Under the pieces are notes generated by a model. That model worked only from the letters and a program-made list of their open reading frames with translations. It did not search any database and had not been told where the DNA came from. A stretch of 63,417 nucleotides of DNA, the filler included, from Chiloscyllium plagiosum (lineage: Eukaryota), in NCBI RefSeq assembly GCF_004010195.1. It is 4 parts of one record of this genome, joined end to end, with 100 filler letters (N's around TTAATTAATTAA, not from the genome) between each part and the next. Parts side by side here need not be neighbours in the genome. Positions count along the whole stretch, not along the records: positions 17,558 to 27,373 come from NC_057710.1; positions 27,474 to 54,489 come from NC_057710.1; 2 more parts are not named here. One strand, 5' to 3'. Within the stretch, counting starts at the first letter, position 1, and each line of letters starts with the position of its first letter. The position numbers and the translations under genes are program-made. Of this stretch, positions 27,180 through 39,675 are shown piece by piece.

Positions 27180-27592
27180 AAAACTTTCATGCACTTACCC
27201 CCAAACTCCGGATTCCTCAACCGTTCCAGAAACTTCCATCGGCCTCCGAAACCATCCGGGCGCCATTACACACGCGGCCGCTACAGCGCCCGCGGCAATA
27301 GCCGCAGACGCCGCCGACGATGACGTCACTTCCGCCCCCACCGACCTCGCAACCTTCATGATCGCGGCCCAAANNNNNNNNNNNNNNNNNNNNNNNNNNN
27401 NNNNNNNNNNNNNNNNNTTAATTAATTAANNNNNNNNNNNNNNNNNNNNNNNNNNNNNNNNNNNNNNNNNNNNGGCGGGAGTCCTGATTGTGAAAGTAAG
27501 CTCGGAGGCGTAGGAAGAAGTGTTCGACGTCACGGTGTGCATTAAATTCATTGATGCGTGGACGGAGGGGGATGAAGGTGAGTCCTTTCTGC
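27180..27592. mobile_element. Young GC/CpG-rich PLE sequence spanning the second gap
   Basis: 27474-27592 (minus) matches 17700-17830 (KGLTFIPLRPRINEFN). 27180-27373 is similarly CpG-rich and is assigned to the PLE by inference only. Confidence 0.55.
27374..27473. other. 100-bp assembly gap with artificial linker
   Basis: 44 N + TTAATTAATTAA (27418-27429) + 44 N. Confidence 0.97.
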
Positions 27593-27609
27593 CAGGACTA
27601 TAAGAAACA

Positions 27610-28030
27610 ATACAAAGTTATGAACACAGCCCAGACCATCAAGCAAGCCAACAGCCCAGACCATCACGCAAGCCCACCTCCCCTCCACTGACTCCATCTA
27701 TACTTCTCACTACCGTGGAAAGACAGTCAACATCAAAGACCCCTCCCACCATGGTTAAACTCTCTTCCAACTCTTCTGTTAGGCAGAAGATACAGAAGCT
27801 TAAACACATGTACCAACAGGTTCAAGGACAGCTTCTTTCCTGCTGAATGAACCTTCTAATTTCAAATCTAATGTTGATCTTGCTTTTGTACTTTTTCTAT
27901 GCAGCCATAAATTATACACCTCACTTTGTCTAAACCCTATAATCTACCTGTACTGAAGGCAAAACAAAACTTTTCACTGTACTTTTCACTGTAGATGACA
28001 ATAAATCAAATCAAATAAGCCAAATCAAAA
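27610..28030 (+). mobile_element. Rex1/Babar- or L2-like LINE 3' end
   Basis: Remnants IKDPSH, GRRYRSL and RFKDSFFP, then aataaa(tcaaa)n tail. Second copy at 43735-44065. Confidence 0.6.
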
Positions 28031-28263
28031 TCAGCATTAAGCATACTGACACTGGTGAAACCAAGTCATGCCCAAGTGTGAGGATTGAGCAGATAAAAAA
28101 AGGGCAAGATCAAATGCTAGGAATGCTTAGATTTGGGTATTGGAACCCTAGAAATACAAATATCAGAGGTAAGAACTGAAGCCAATTGAGACTACAGAAC
28201 ACCCGATTCAGTCAGATCACAAGCATGACGCCAACAGGCCTTTTGCAGAAGCAGCTAGCATGA

Positions 28264-28580
28264 GGGCAGCACGGTGGCACAGTGGTTAGCACTGCTGCCT
28301 CACAGCGCCAGAGACCCGGGTTCAATTCCCGCCTCAGGCGACTGACTGTGTGGAGTTTGCACGTTCTCCCCGTGTCTGCGTGGGTTTCCTCCGGGTGCTC
28401 CGGTTTCCTCCCACAGTCACAAAGATGTGCGGTCAGGTGAATTGGCCATGCTAAATTGCCCGTAGTGTTAGGTAAGGGGTAAATGTAGGGGTATGGGTGG
28501 GTTGCGCTTCGGTGGGGCAGTGTGGGGCCGAAGGGCCTGTTTCCACACTGTAAGTAATCTGATCTAATCCAATCTAATCT
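28264..28580 (+). mobile_element. Full-length young HE1-like V-SINE
   Basis: A box TGGCACAGTGG, B box GGTTCAATTCC, V-domain, CR1-like tail gggccgaagggcctgtttccacactg and (aatct)n. Confidence 0.92.
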
Positions 28581-28729
28581 ATAAAGGTAAAAACCAGTTT
28601 ATGACATGAGAGGAAAAGCCTAATCGCAGAAAGTAGTAAAAGAAGTAGAAGGGACAATAATATTATTGATACAGGAAAGAGGAGTCAATTAAAAAAATAC
28701 AACTAGGAAGCATTGCTTTGTAATGCAGT

Positions 28730-29245
28730 CCCCCACACACTTTATCTCTCCCTCACATCACGCACATACATTTGCAGAATTGTATTTGCAGATACATTCT
28801 ACTTTGCTGAAAAAGCACACAATCTGCAGGCAGTCAATCCATGTGACATTTTATATATTCCTACTTTGCAAATAGAACCAGTCTGACTCAAGATTGGAAT
28901 ACAGACAGACTCAAACCTCACACCTTTAATGCACTGTCAAAGTGGAGATTTTTTTTTAATAAAACCTAAAGTTATCTCAGGAATGTGACTGGAAAGAAGT
29001 TCTAGGATTTACATATTAATGAATCAAATCTGCAATCCATTCTAAAAGATGAAAGACTTAACAGCAATCTAGGTTTGTTCAATATATCGTATCAGTTGCA
29101 TGGCACTATGATCCTGTGCTATGAATTCTGTGTCTTATGAAGATGCCCCACTAGCCACCTGAGGAAGGAGCAGTGCTCTGAAAGCTAGTACTTCCAAAAA
29201 TACCTGTTGGACTGTAAGCTGATGTTGTGTGATTTTTAACTTTTT
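28730..29245 (+). mobile_element. PLE 3' terminal region (family C) with hammerhead motif
   Basis: ccac-CTGAGGA(29159-29165)-A-GGAGC-agt-GCTCT-GAAA-GCTA-gta. Homologous to the reverse complement of 54155-54489. Confidence 0.72.
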
Positions 29246-29403
29246 CAATTTAATAAGAATATTAGAACCTGCCACTGCATTAAATTAGGTCCTGCATTTA
29301 CTGGTTGATATCACACCAGTCACAAAGTTTCCTAGTAGATAAACAAAGCACCTACTCACAGGTGCAGGTAATAGTGGATTTTAGGATTGAAAAAGCAGAG
29401 CAA

Positions 29404-29807
29404 GGATCTTGTAGTGTGGTGGTAGTGTCCCTACACGGGGACCAAGAGGCCTGGATCAGGTCCTACCTGCTCCACCAGTGTGTAATAAAATCTCTGAACA
29501 GATTGATTAGAAAAATAGGTTAAATACAAAAAAAAAGTAAGAAGTGAAAAAGCGCACTAAGGAGCCCTTGAGCTGCAGTAGTAGTTTCCCTACCTCTGAG
29601 TCAAGAGGCCTGGGTGTAAGTTTCATTTGCTCTGGAGGTGTGTAATAACATCTCTGAACAGTGTGATTAGAAAATAGTTTGACAAAACATACCAGGCTCT
29701 TGTGGCCTCGTGGTAGTGTCCTACCTCTTGAGCTAGGAGGTCCTGGTTCAAGTTCCACCTTCTCCAGAATTATACCCTATGGCACCTGAACAGATTGATT
29801 ACAAAAT
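29404..29807 (+). repeat. Three head-to-tail tRNA-derived units of about 115 bp
   Basis: Units at about 29404-29517, 29563-29676 and 29695-29807 share gtagt(g/t)tcc(c)tac, gagg...ctgg and ctgaacag...gatta. Unit 3 keeps B-box-like GGTTCAAGTTCC. Confidence 0.75.
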
Positions 29808-29829
29808 CTCAACAAGGCACAAAATGGAG

Positions 29830-30630
29830 CCTAGGATTTGATAGGTGGGTACTTAGGTTGAATGAGATGGACCACCTTTTGGGATCGTTGAAGCCTACAA
29901 TGTTAAATTTGTTGCACAATTGTTTCTGTTTCCACAATTTGTGGGCCTGGATGTTGGAGACAGCAGATTGATTAAGGCAGTGACAAGTACAGAAATCATC
30001 TGTACTTATCACGGGTTGGAAAACATGGATATTTCTGCGATCCACTGCTTCAACAATCACTTGGCCAAGCAAATGCCATGTTCAGACCATGGATGTTGCC
30101 ATGAGTCCTTGTACCTATCTCCCTTATTTAACAAGTTATTGGTTAATGACAAGGTCTTCTTCTGAACATTTTGTCAGGAGACTATTCTACTGGAGGTTGC
30201 TCTCCTCCCTTCTTGTCAGTCATGTCTTCCAGAGACTTGTATTCTTCCCAGATTTGAGGCTGATATTTGTGAGGAGGATCAGTTTGTACTCTGCTAGAAC
30301 TCAGGTTAGGAATTTTTCAAGGTCAGTATACAATCCCATTTTGATCTCAACTGTTGCCTCAAGTGTATGGCATAGTGCTGATGACAGTTGCATTAGGATT
30401 CCTCATTAGTGTGAACCAGGTAGTCATAAAACACTTGCTTATCTACGATTCTTATACGGAAGTCACAGGTGGAGTGGTGGCCAAATAAACACATTTTGAT
30501 GGAAAAGCCCATTCCTTGGTACATGAGAAAGTGGAAAGCCAAGATTCTTTTCCAACCAGCACCCTAAATATCTTATCCTATCAATTAAGATCAATGCCGT
30601 GCTCCTGGAAGATAAGGATCATTTTCTGTA
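29830..30630 (-). mobile_element. Decayed RTE-clade LINE, endonuclease region
   Basis: Reverse-strand remnants LLTKCSEEDLVIN, DRYKDSWQHPWSEH and HLL..VIV resemble the RTE/BovB apurinic endonuclease. Confidence 0.6.
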
Positions 30631-30799
30631 TCTTGGGAGGCTAATTTCAATGAAGGCAGATGTAGAGGCTAAAATTCATGATCATGTCCAACCTGTCAGA
30701 TCAGGAGAAGTGTATTTGAGGATTAGGATTTCAAAGCCAAGGCTGAGGTCGCAGTTTACCATGCAGGAGTAGATCCAAGAACTCCTATTTTTAAAATAT

Positions 30800-31085
30800 T
30801 ATTTATTCATGCAACGTGTCATAGGAGCTCATTTCTAACTGCCCAGACAGCAATTAAGAGTCAACCACATTGCTGTAGATCTGGATTCACATGTTGGCAT
30901 AGCAGATGAGAATGGCAGATTTCCTTCCCTCGAGGACATATGGAACCAGATGAGTTTTCACAAAAATTCAGTGGTTCATGGTTCACGAGGCATGCTTATA
31001 TTCTGGACTTTTTAAAATTGAATTCAAATTTCACTATCTGCCAGGGTGGGAGTCAACCCCATGTCCCTGGAACATTACTCTGAGG
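30800..31085 (-). mobile_element. Short family X SINE-like copy
   Basis: agagtcaaccacattgctgt...ggcagatttccttcc is the reverse complement of the 1270-1350 core. Confidence 0.7.
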
Positions 31086-31344
31086 TCCACTAAAAATTCC
31101 ACTATGCCACCATCTCCCCTAAATATGGTTCAGTGGTTTCGACAACCTACAACAGGCACCTCAAAAGTACCAGCAATTGCAAGATCTCTTCAAACCTGGT
31201 GTCAAGACAGGCAATCCAATGCAATAATCAAGCCAACTCGTCCAACACTGAGGTGTTAATTACTCCAAACTAACTCTGATGGGTGGGGTGTTGTTCCAAT
31301 GCCTGACATTAGATTTCTGAGACATTTGCCCTACTCTGAATTCT

Positions 31345-32400
31345 GTCATAGCAGGACTCTCCCCGGCTCCAATGATTCCTGAAAGATCACGACCAATGCC
31401 TCCTCGGCTATCTTCTTTACAACTCTGGGGTATAGTTCATCTGGTCTGCGCGATTTATCCAATTTCAGATCTTTCAGATTTCCCAGCACTTTCTCCTTAG
31501 TGATAACCACTGCATTTATCTCAGCTCCCAACTCTAAGTTCTGGTATAGAGCTTTATAGAGGTCCTATGGTGTGGAAACAGGCCATTTGGCCCAACAAGT
31601 CCACAACGACCCTCCAAAGACTATCCTACCCAGACCCCTTCCCCTATTAGAGTCAAGAGTGTGGTGCTGGAAAAGCACAGCAGGTCAGGCAGGATCCGAG
31701 GAGCAGGAGAATCGACGTTTCAGGCATAAGCCTGATGCCGCATGACCTGCTGTGCTTTTCCAGCACCACACTCTCGACTTTGATCTCCAGCATCTGCAGT
31801 CCTCACTTTCTCCCTTCCCCTATTACTCTATATTTCCTCTGACTACTGCGCCTAGCCTACACATTCCTGAACACTATGAGCAATTTTGCATAGCCAATCC
31901 ACCTGACCTGCACATCTTTGGACTGCGGAAGGAAACCAGAACACCTGGAGAAAACGCACGCAGACAGCCCCATACCCTGCTGGTGTCTTCCACCATGTAG
32001 ACTGATGAAAAGTACCTTTTCAGTTCTTCCATTTCTTATCACTCCTCCAGCTTCTCTTTCCAGCAGTCCAATTTACACTCTTGCCTCTTGCTTACCTTTT
32101 ATGTGTTTAAAAGTAACTCTTGCAATCTTCTTTTATATTACTAGCTCGCTTACTGTCGTATTTCACCTTCTCCCCCTTATTGCTTTTTCACTTATCCTCC
32201 ACTGGTTTTTAAAGACTTCCCAATCCTTTGCCTTCTCACTAATCTTCACCACATTGTATGGTTTTTCTTTTATGCTGTCCCTGACTTCCCTTGTAAGCCA
32301 TGGTTGCCTCATCCTTTCCTTAGTATGTTCCTTTTTCCTTGCGATTATCCCCCTGGAACTCTTGCCTTTGCTGCTCCACCATTTTCCCTGTTAGGCTCTC
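31345..32400 (-). mobile_element. CR1 ORF2 fragment containing an HE1-like SINE (about 31555-31985) that itself contains a family A hairpin
   Basis: LKLDKSRRPDELYPRVVK motif. V-SINE sequence at 31860-31965 and SINE tail at 31565-31650. Confidence 0.75.
31650..31811 (+). mobile_element. Fold-back mini PLE insertion (family A) with TSD
   Basis: Left arm agagtcaagagtgtggtgctggaaaagcacagcaggtca pairs with tgacctgctgtgcttttccagcaccacactctcgacttt. cccttcccctatta at 31636-31649 and 31812-31825. Confidence 0.85.
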
Positions 32401-32689
32401 CTTCTAATTAGGTTGAAGGAAGGAGATATGAAGTCAAACTGATAGAGGACATGCAATTAGATAGCTTTCAATGGTTGAGGGATGTATGATGAGAAAACTT
32501 AAATAAAAGATTCCAGCCAAGCAATGTAGAACAGGTAATGGGAGAAATAATTTTAAAATAAGATTAGAAGAGTGTAAATTCCATTTCTGATGTAGGACAT
32601 TAAAACAGAATCCATGTCAACATTTAAGACGAGGTTAAATTGGTTGTTGAAGGAAAAGGAGCAAAGGATTACGTAAAAAACATTGGTTC

Positions 32690-33205
32690 ACAACAGTATC
32701 ATGCAACATTCTGGAATCCACATTATAGGAGATATGTGATAGCACTGGAGAGCGTGCAGAGGAGACTTACCAAACTGCTGCCTGGGCTATGGAATTTCAG
32801 TTATGAAGAGAGATTGGACAGATTGGGATTGTTCTCTTTGAAGCAGAGGGGATTGAGAGGAGACATGATAGAATAGACAGAAAGAACCTTTTCTCCTTGC
32901 TGGAGGGATCAAATGAACTGGGGGCTTAGATTTAAAAGTAAGCAGAAGGTTTAGATGAGATCTGAAGAAATATTTTTCACCCAGAGGATGGTGGGAATCT
33001 GGAATACACTGCCTGTAAGGGTGGTAGCGGCAGAAACCCTCATAATATTTAAGTATTTAGATGCACACTTGTAATGCCAAAACATACAAGGCTGAGAGTC
33101 AGGTACTGGAAAGGAGGAGTAAAAATTGTTAGTGTGTTTATTTTCGACCCGTGAGCACATGATGGGCCAAAACATCAATCTATGTTGTAGATCTCTATGA
33201 CTCTT
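32690..33205 (+). mobile_element. CR1 3' end (older)
   Basis: FWNPHYRR, LESVQRRLTKLLPGL, LGLFSLKQRGLRGDMIE, and tail ctctatgactct. Confidence 0.85.
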
Positions 33206-36003
33206 AAAGGGACTGGCACATGGGATTTATATTGTTACTCATCTGGAGAGCAAACACCAACACAGGGTAATTAGATAGAAATTTCCAGTCTTGCAGTTTC
33301 TGAGAAATTTTAAGTAGGAAGTTATCCGACAGTTAGAATGGGTTAGAGGGCATCATGATCGTTTAATTATTTGGAGGCTAGTTACTGGCTGACAAAAGGC
33401 AGGGTATACAGAAGCAGATCAGAGGGGTAGGAATTTCTAGTCTGTAATGGGATCAGGCACTGCTTCAGTCATTGCCTAGGAGAATAGCTACATATGGCGT
33501 CTCCATTTTAAAATAAATACAAGTTCTTTGCCTCCAACTGATAAGTTGAAGGTCTCCAGGACAAGTATCACATTATGACTAGTTTAGATGGTTGTAAGAA
33601 AGGGAATGAAGGGGCATAGGAGATTCACAAGAGAATTGATAGAGAAGAGAAATGAACCTTTTACCTCTTAAAACTACATATAAATGTTTTAAGGGTCAAT
33701 ACAGCATGAAAAGCATCTCTGATGGAAGATATGTTCTGACAAGTGAGTCAGTCACAGCTAACTTACAAATAAATTACAAGCAACAAACCATTGAGGGAAA
33801 TGGAAGGGAAGAGAAAGAATACATGGAGGAGATACTGAAGGTGGAAACGAGGCGGGGGGGGGGTGGTTTGGTGGAAGAGGGGAAAGGGTAAGGTGGGAAG
33901 AAAACAGTGAGAGTGATTGCAGTCACGAATTTTGGAACTGTTTCACAGCACTGTAGAGGTAGCTTTCACATTGTGTTCATTGATTTTCCTGCAACTTTTG
34001 ACCCCGTTATCTCTTGCTTATATTAAGAGTTTTTGTAACTCGTCCTTTAACTTCAAAGGCATTTCCAAGTTTTAAATAAAACCAGTTATAAAACCTAGAC
34101 TAAAAAGAATTTCAGTGGCATGACTGAAACTTTGGATTCCAGGCAATATTTGTCGTCCAATTCCAATATTTATGCAGGAAAAGATTAAAGATTAACTAAA
34201 TCACTGTCTCAAATGGGAAATGAAGCTCTGTTGTCCATGTCATCCAATTTACTTAATTTCTTCATCAACAGTGCGTTGCATGCATCACAAGGTGAACCTC
34301 AGGCTTCCTGCTCCAAGCATTCCAAATGCAATGTCATGTCTCAAGATGGCACAATGGCTGCCATGCTTTAAGGATTTTCGTTCATATTATTGGTTGTAAG
34401 TTGTGATTATAACGTTATTCTAAGGAATCATAATCTTCCAAAACTGTGCTGAAAAGCTTGAAGAGCAATTCAATTACAAATGTCGCCATATTGTCCAGAT
34501 GTCTAATACTTAATTATTCCTGCACAGATTACAAATATTTAATATTACACAATCCTGAGCTGGTAGCAGCAGTTTGAGCGTGAATGTGGGTCATGTTGGT
34601 TGGGAGAAATATGACTTAATATCTGTAATAGCCATATGCACAACTAACAATCCTCAGTCTTTTTCAATTCCTGTACAGAAATTCTCTGGACTTATGCATG
34701 CAGAACTTAATCCTATGACAGAAAGGGGTAGGAAGTGAGGGTCCAGTATATCAAAAAAATAGAAACTTTCAGGATAGATTTGTCAGGACCTTGATTTGAA
34801 TGCTTTAAGTACAGTGGCCATTAAATTGATATTGCCTCACCCCGAATTTAAAAAGAAAATTAATTACCTCAAGATATGGTGGCTGTTTTTCGACAATCCA
34901 CATAAAACACAATTTTTGATCATTTTTCCCCTAACAGTCAAAACAAGCTGAATAAATAGGAACTTGATCAGGATTTGCTAATGAGACAAGGATGACAATG
35001 AAACCACACGATCAAATGCCAGGTGCAGTCTAGCATGAGCTTGCCGAAAGGTGGTTGTATAGTTATTTATAACTTTATGTTGTAGGCTCAGCTGTTGAAT
35101 AAACCCATGAGATTTCCTAGTCAATAACTAATACTAATGAGACAATTAATATGTCAAGAATCATCCAGACTTGAAAAGTTAGCTTGTTTTTTTGCTCTGT
35201 GGATGCTGCCAGACCTGCTGTGATGTCCAATACTATTTCTTTTCAGAACAGATTCCAGCATCTGCAGTAATTTGCTCCTAAATAATATATCAACTAAGCT
35301 TTCTCTGTAGGGTTGGGATATCTGGTCGACATGGACGGGTTGGATCGAAGGGTCTGTTTCTATGCTGTACATCTCTAAGACTCTATAGCTAACATTTATC
35401 TACACACCCTGGATTTAGGAATAAAGACTACATCCTTCCTACCAGCGGATTGACTGTCCTTCCTATCAGAAGTACAGAAACAACTTTTATAGAATTCTTG
35501 AATGTAGAAATCAAAACATGTGGAGTCTCTCCATGTTAGTAAGCAATGTTTAAAGGAAATGCGTAATCTAGTGAACCTTGATATGGTTTACTTCCTAGAT
35601 GTTAACCCCTATTAAATATAACGCATAAAATCAAGCTTTATTGAGTTTTACTGAAGTTTATTTACATTCAATTACATACACAGCTGTGGTTCAGTGTGTA
35701 GTGGTGTTACTCTACATTATGCACACATAGCAGGCTGACTTCATTACACAGAGAGATTGATGAAATATAAGGGATTACCTTTATACCAGAATGTCACATG
35801 CTGTGATAACTGACAATCTTAAAAACAACTGTCATGCCTGGTATCTATGCTATAACACATCCCATTTCACTTCCAAACTTGAGTGTTGCCACTGTGGGTA
35901 AACCCCAGGATGTACGCAGATTTACCATAGCTATTCAAATATTTGGCAAGTTATTTTACATTTAATGATCATAGTTTTCATAGAAAGAACAATGCATTCT
36001 GCA

Positions 36004-36112
36004 GCAAAACAGAAGTTGGTGGAAAACCTCAGCAGGTCATGCAGCATTGGTGAAGAGAAATCAAAGTTAACATTTTGGGGCTGGTGTCCCTTTCTCAGAA
36101 CAGAGTTTTTCT
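36004..36112 (-). mobile_element. Old PLE terminus (family D) with 13-bp TSD
   Basis: aatgcattctgca at 35991-36003 and 36113-36125. Similar to 61350-61480, and to plus-strand copies at 6438-6535, 26968-27068, 35150-35280 and 36338-36468. Confidence 0.65.
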
Positions 36113-38615
36113 AATGCATTCTGCAAGACTGTTATAAAGTTATACAGCATGGTCCAACTTGTTTTCATTGATCAGACATCCTAAACTGATCTGAAGATAG
36201 TGAGGAGAGGTGGTAATATGTTGAATACCCTATTTCTTGTCCATGATTGGAAGGACGCACTGGTCTACTTCCAACTGTTGTTCAGCATACCAAACACTGA
36301 ATATGGTGGTCAAGATGTCAACAACCATTACACTGATGATTCTGAAAAGTCATACCAGACACGAAACATTAACTCTGATTCTCTACACAGACGCTCCAAA
36401 CTTGCTGAGTTTCTTCAGCATTCTGTTTATTTCAGATTTCCAGCATCTGCTGTCTTTTGCTTTTATTGCACTAGTAGTACATTTGGTTTGTCTCACAAAA
36501 GGCAGTAGGTGAAATAGTCAAAAGAATGTAATACTGTCTGTGGACATGGAAAATATCAGTTGCAGTCTTGCATCACAGTTTGGAAGAAATATCATATGCT
36601 CTTGATTGTTGGGGATGATGGAACTAACATATATCACAGGACTTGAATCAGTAACTGATACCCTTATTAATACTGAGCCAACACATGGACTTACATGCCA
36701 ATCTCTCTCTATGCATCAATTTCACCCACATGTGTATGGTCTTGGACATCTTGATGGACAGCTCATGGAATTATGACTTATTTGCTTTTGATGATTACAT
36801 TTATGGACGGTCCAAGTTCACCTTGGAATGACTAGAACAAATGGACTAGCTTAAGGACCTGGATGCATTCAAAACACAGGTTGATAATGAATTTTTTGAG
36901 CTGGAAAGCTGGTAATGTTCTGAGGTAGCTTGCCAAATCTGTTCCGCATGGTTGCAATCGAAGTGTATGAGAGCAAGTTTGCAGTCTGGGATCTTTGGTG
37001 TTGCAAATTATGGATTTGTCACCTCGTAGATCATATTAAGATGCAGACCTATGCTTGCTTGCAAATGGATAGTTGTTGGTCCATTTGTTTCATAGATATA
37101 AAAGGTGTCAGGTGCCTATCTCAACAGTTGTGTTGGCATTTAAGATAGGTGTACCAAATTATGGGATGTCAGACTCATTGTAAGCAGTTAGTTTACCTTA
37201 GATGAATTACATCACATTGTGCCAGTTTCCTGAATACATCTTGTGTAAGAAGTCTAAAAGGGTTATTTTACACTTATTAACTATATTGATTTTTGACATA
37301 TGATGCATGCTGTCCACTCCTTTTGTGGTTTTCACTTGCATGGAGTTAAAGGCTTCAGCTTTTCTTATCTCGACCATGCAGTGTGTCAAATTTACCATGT
37401 GTAATGCCTGACTGGTGTCTGTACACATTGTAATTACTTCCTGAGATTTATTGGTATGCTCGGATGTCAGAAAGGAACTTTGGAAGCTTCCACAGCATTT
37501 TTCCTTGGTTGTCTGTTCTTCACGTACTGCTGTGGGACGTGAGTTTCTCTTAGTGATTGCATTTTTAGTCCAATGCCCTCTTGCATGCGTCACAAGATGC
37601 TGATGGGTGAGACAGGACACACCTCATACAAGATCGTGATGTTCCACAGAACCTGTAGACATCTGCACTAGTTGTTTTAGAATGAAGCTCTTACAAATGT
37701 TAATAGCCTGCTACAATTTGTTTGAATTTATATTTTTTTCTTGTACATTATCAATCGTATATTCTCAGGCTTGGCAAGAAGTAATTTTGAATGATTTATT
37801 GAATGTAGAGGCATACGCGAATTCCAGAAGCAATTCAGGTTAGCTTTGGTGAAATCACTTCCCGCATCTTTTCATCAACACATACCTACAAATTGATTTA
37901 ATCGTTTTACCTAGTTGTTGGGGATATGACTTAAACTCAAGATTGTCTATACTGAAATGGACTAAAATGTTAAATTGATATATTTTTTAAAAATTCCAGG
38001 ATGTTGTGATCATTGGAAATAACAGAGGAGTCTATTGTTCTTACCCCTTCAGTGCCCATAGTGAGAAGAGATTTCCTTGTCATTCTTTGTCAGTTCTGCT
38101 GATTCATAAACATCAATTCTTTCTTTAAACTGAAGGTCTGACAGAATGTCAATGGAATTGTAATTCATGATTAGATATTTGGTTTCAATCTTTATACGTA
38201 GAACTATGCTCTTTAATAAGTCATTAAAAATCTGTATTAGTATTTTTTTCTTTTTTGTTGGCTTTAAAAGAGTTTCTCTTCTCTTATTTGTTGCTGTAGC
38301 TTTAAACGTAGTAATTATAATCTCTTTATTTGAACTTATCTCTTTTCTTGCTGTACCTTTTAAAAGTACAGAGTTGTGGTCACAGGTTTTTGTCTATAGG
38401 TAGCGTTCGCACCAAAAAATAAGCAGAAAAAAAGCTGTGATTATCTCAAGCAGACTTTTAAAAAAAATGTTCACATGTGTTCTAGTCCATTTAAAAGTCT
38501 TTTTTTTTTCTTAATTTGGGTCAGCATCAGCCTCTCATGCTTTAAAAGAGAGAGATAAAGTAATCAGTACTTCAGTACAGGTTTGTACCCTTTAGCTTTG
38601 GTTAAAGCGCATTAG

Positions 38616-38774
38616 AGCTGAAAATGTGTTGCTGGAAAAGCGCAGCAGGTCAGGCAGCATCCAGGCCCGAAACGTCGATTCTCCTGTTCCCTGGATGCTG
38701 CCTGACCTGCTGCGCTTTTCCAGCAACACCTTTTCAGCTCTGATCTCCAGCATCTGCAGACCTCACTTTCTCCG
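38616..38774 (+). mobile_element. Young fold-back mini PLE insertion (family A) with perfect 13-bp TSD
   Basis: taaagcgcattag at 38603-38615 and 38775-38787. Arms of about 50 bp are nearly perfectly complementary. The loop holds only the 3' half of the hammerhead (gcccGAAACGTCga). Confidence 0.9.
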
Positions 38775-39675
38775 TAAAGCGCATTAGTCTTGGTTGTAGA
38801 TGTAACTTCAGCTCTGAACTCGGACAGATTGCTACATAATAATTAGGGAAAAAGTATTTTCATGACTGCCCACATTATGGTCACCTTTTCAGCCTTCAGT
38901 GCCACTTACTAGCTTTCAGAAATAGCTTTTAACGCTCACCTGTTACCATTGTGACATGGTTTGTAGTTTAATATATGTTAGCCCATGCAATATACACCAG
39001 ATAGTTGGGAGCTTGCTGAGTCATGAAGGGTATTTATAATGCAAATGATTTAGAAAGCTAAAACAAACAGACTTCCACACAGTCTGCGTTCTGTGCTTAC
39101 TGATGTTGCGGTACATAATATACACACAACTGACTGACCACAGTGATTGAAGTGGGCTAGGTACTTATCAATGTCACATCTTGATTATATGTAGCTATCT
39201 GAAAAGGTACAGGCCAGTCTTCTCTGGAACCTAGTGGAATAAGTTTTTGAATTATTTGGCTATGGCTAATCTACCTGTTTGTAACAATTTAGTACCTGAA
39301 CCTTTGACCACCAATTGAAATAAATAGCTATATAATGAACATAAGACGACTGGTGCAGTAGCATTATTGTCATGTTAACAGACTGATAATGAAGAGACCT
39401 CAAATAACAAAACAAATATGTTTAAATGCCACCATAACTGAATTCAGATTGTCCAGTTAATTAAAAGACTTAAATTGTGTCTTCAACATAATAAGACCTC
39501 CCCAGGCACTTCATGGAGCATTATAAAAAATGATCAAAAGCTTGCACAAAGTATGTTTTAAGGAGAGTTTTGAAAGAGCGAGGCACAGAGGTATACGGCA
39601 GCATTTCCAAAGCCTTTCCAGCCAAGGTAACTTAAGGTTCAGCCATCAATGCTGAAGCATTATAATTAGGAATTA

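Noticed and set aside
28264..28335. tRNA gene
   Set aside because: A and B boxes run straight into a V-domain and CR1-like tail, so this is a SINE head. The same applies at about 6220-6292, 44660-44736 and 55630-55700.
29404..29807. Repeat-spacer pattern suggestive of CRISPR or a tRNA gene cluster
   Set aside because: Units are about 115 bp and diverged, the context is eukaryotic, there are no cas genes, and I see no clean cloverleaf. Better explained as SINE-like.
31918..32394. 158-aa hydrophobic ORF resembling a membrane protein
   Set aside because: It is the antisense reading of SINE plus purine-rich CR1 sequence. The similar ORF at 38167-38403 is just T-rich DNA.
33851..33863. G-run as the reverse complement of the SMAD PPPAY linker exon
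   Set aside because: Flanking codons do not give the PY motif and there is no SMAD-like frame. It is a simple G tract.
36500..37900. Possible decayed LTR-retrotransposon integrase on the minus strand (ORF 37207-37620)
   Set aside because: I could not identify a convincing HHCC or DDE motif by eye.
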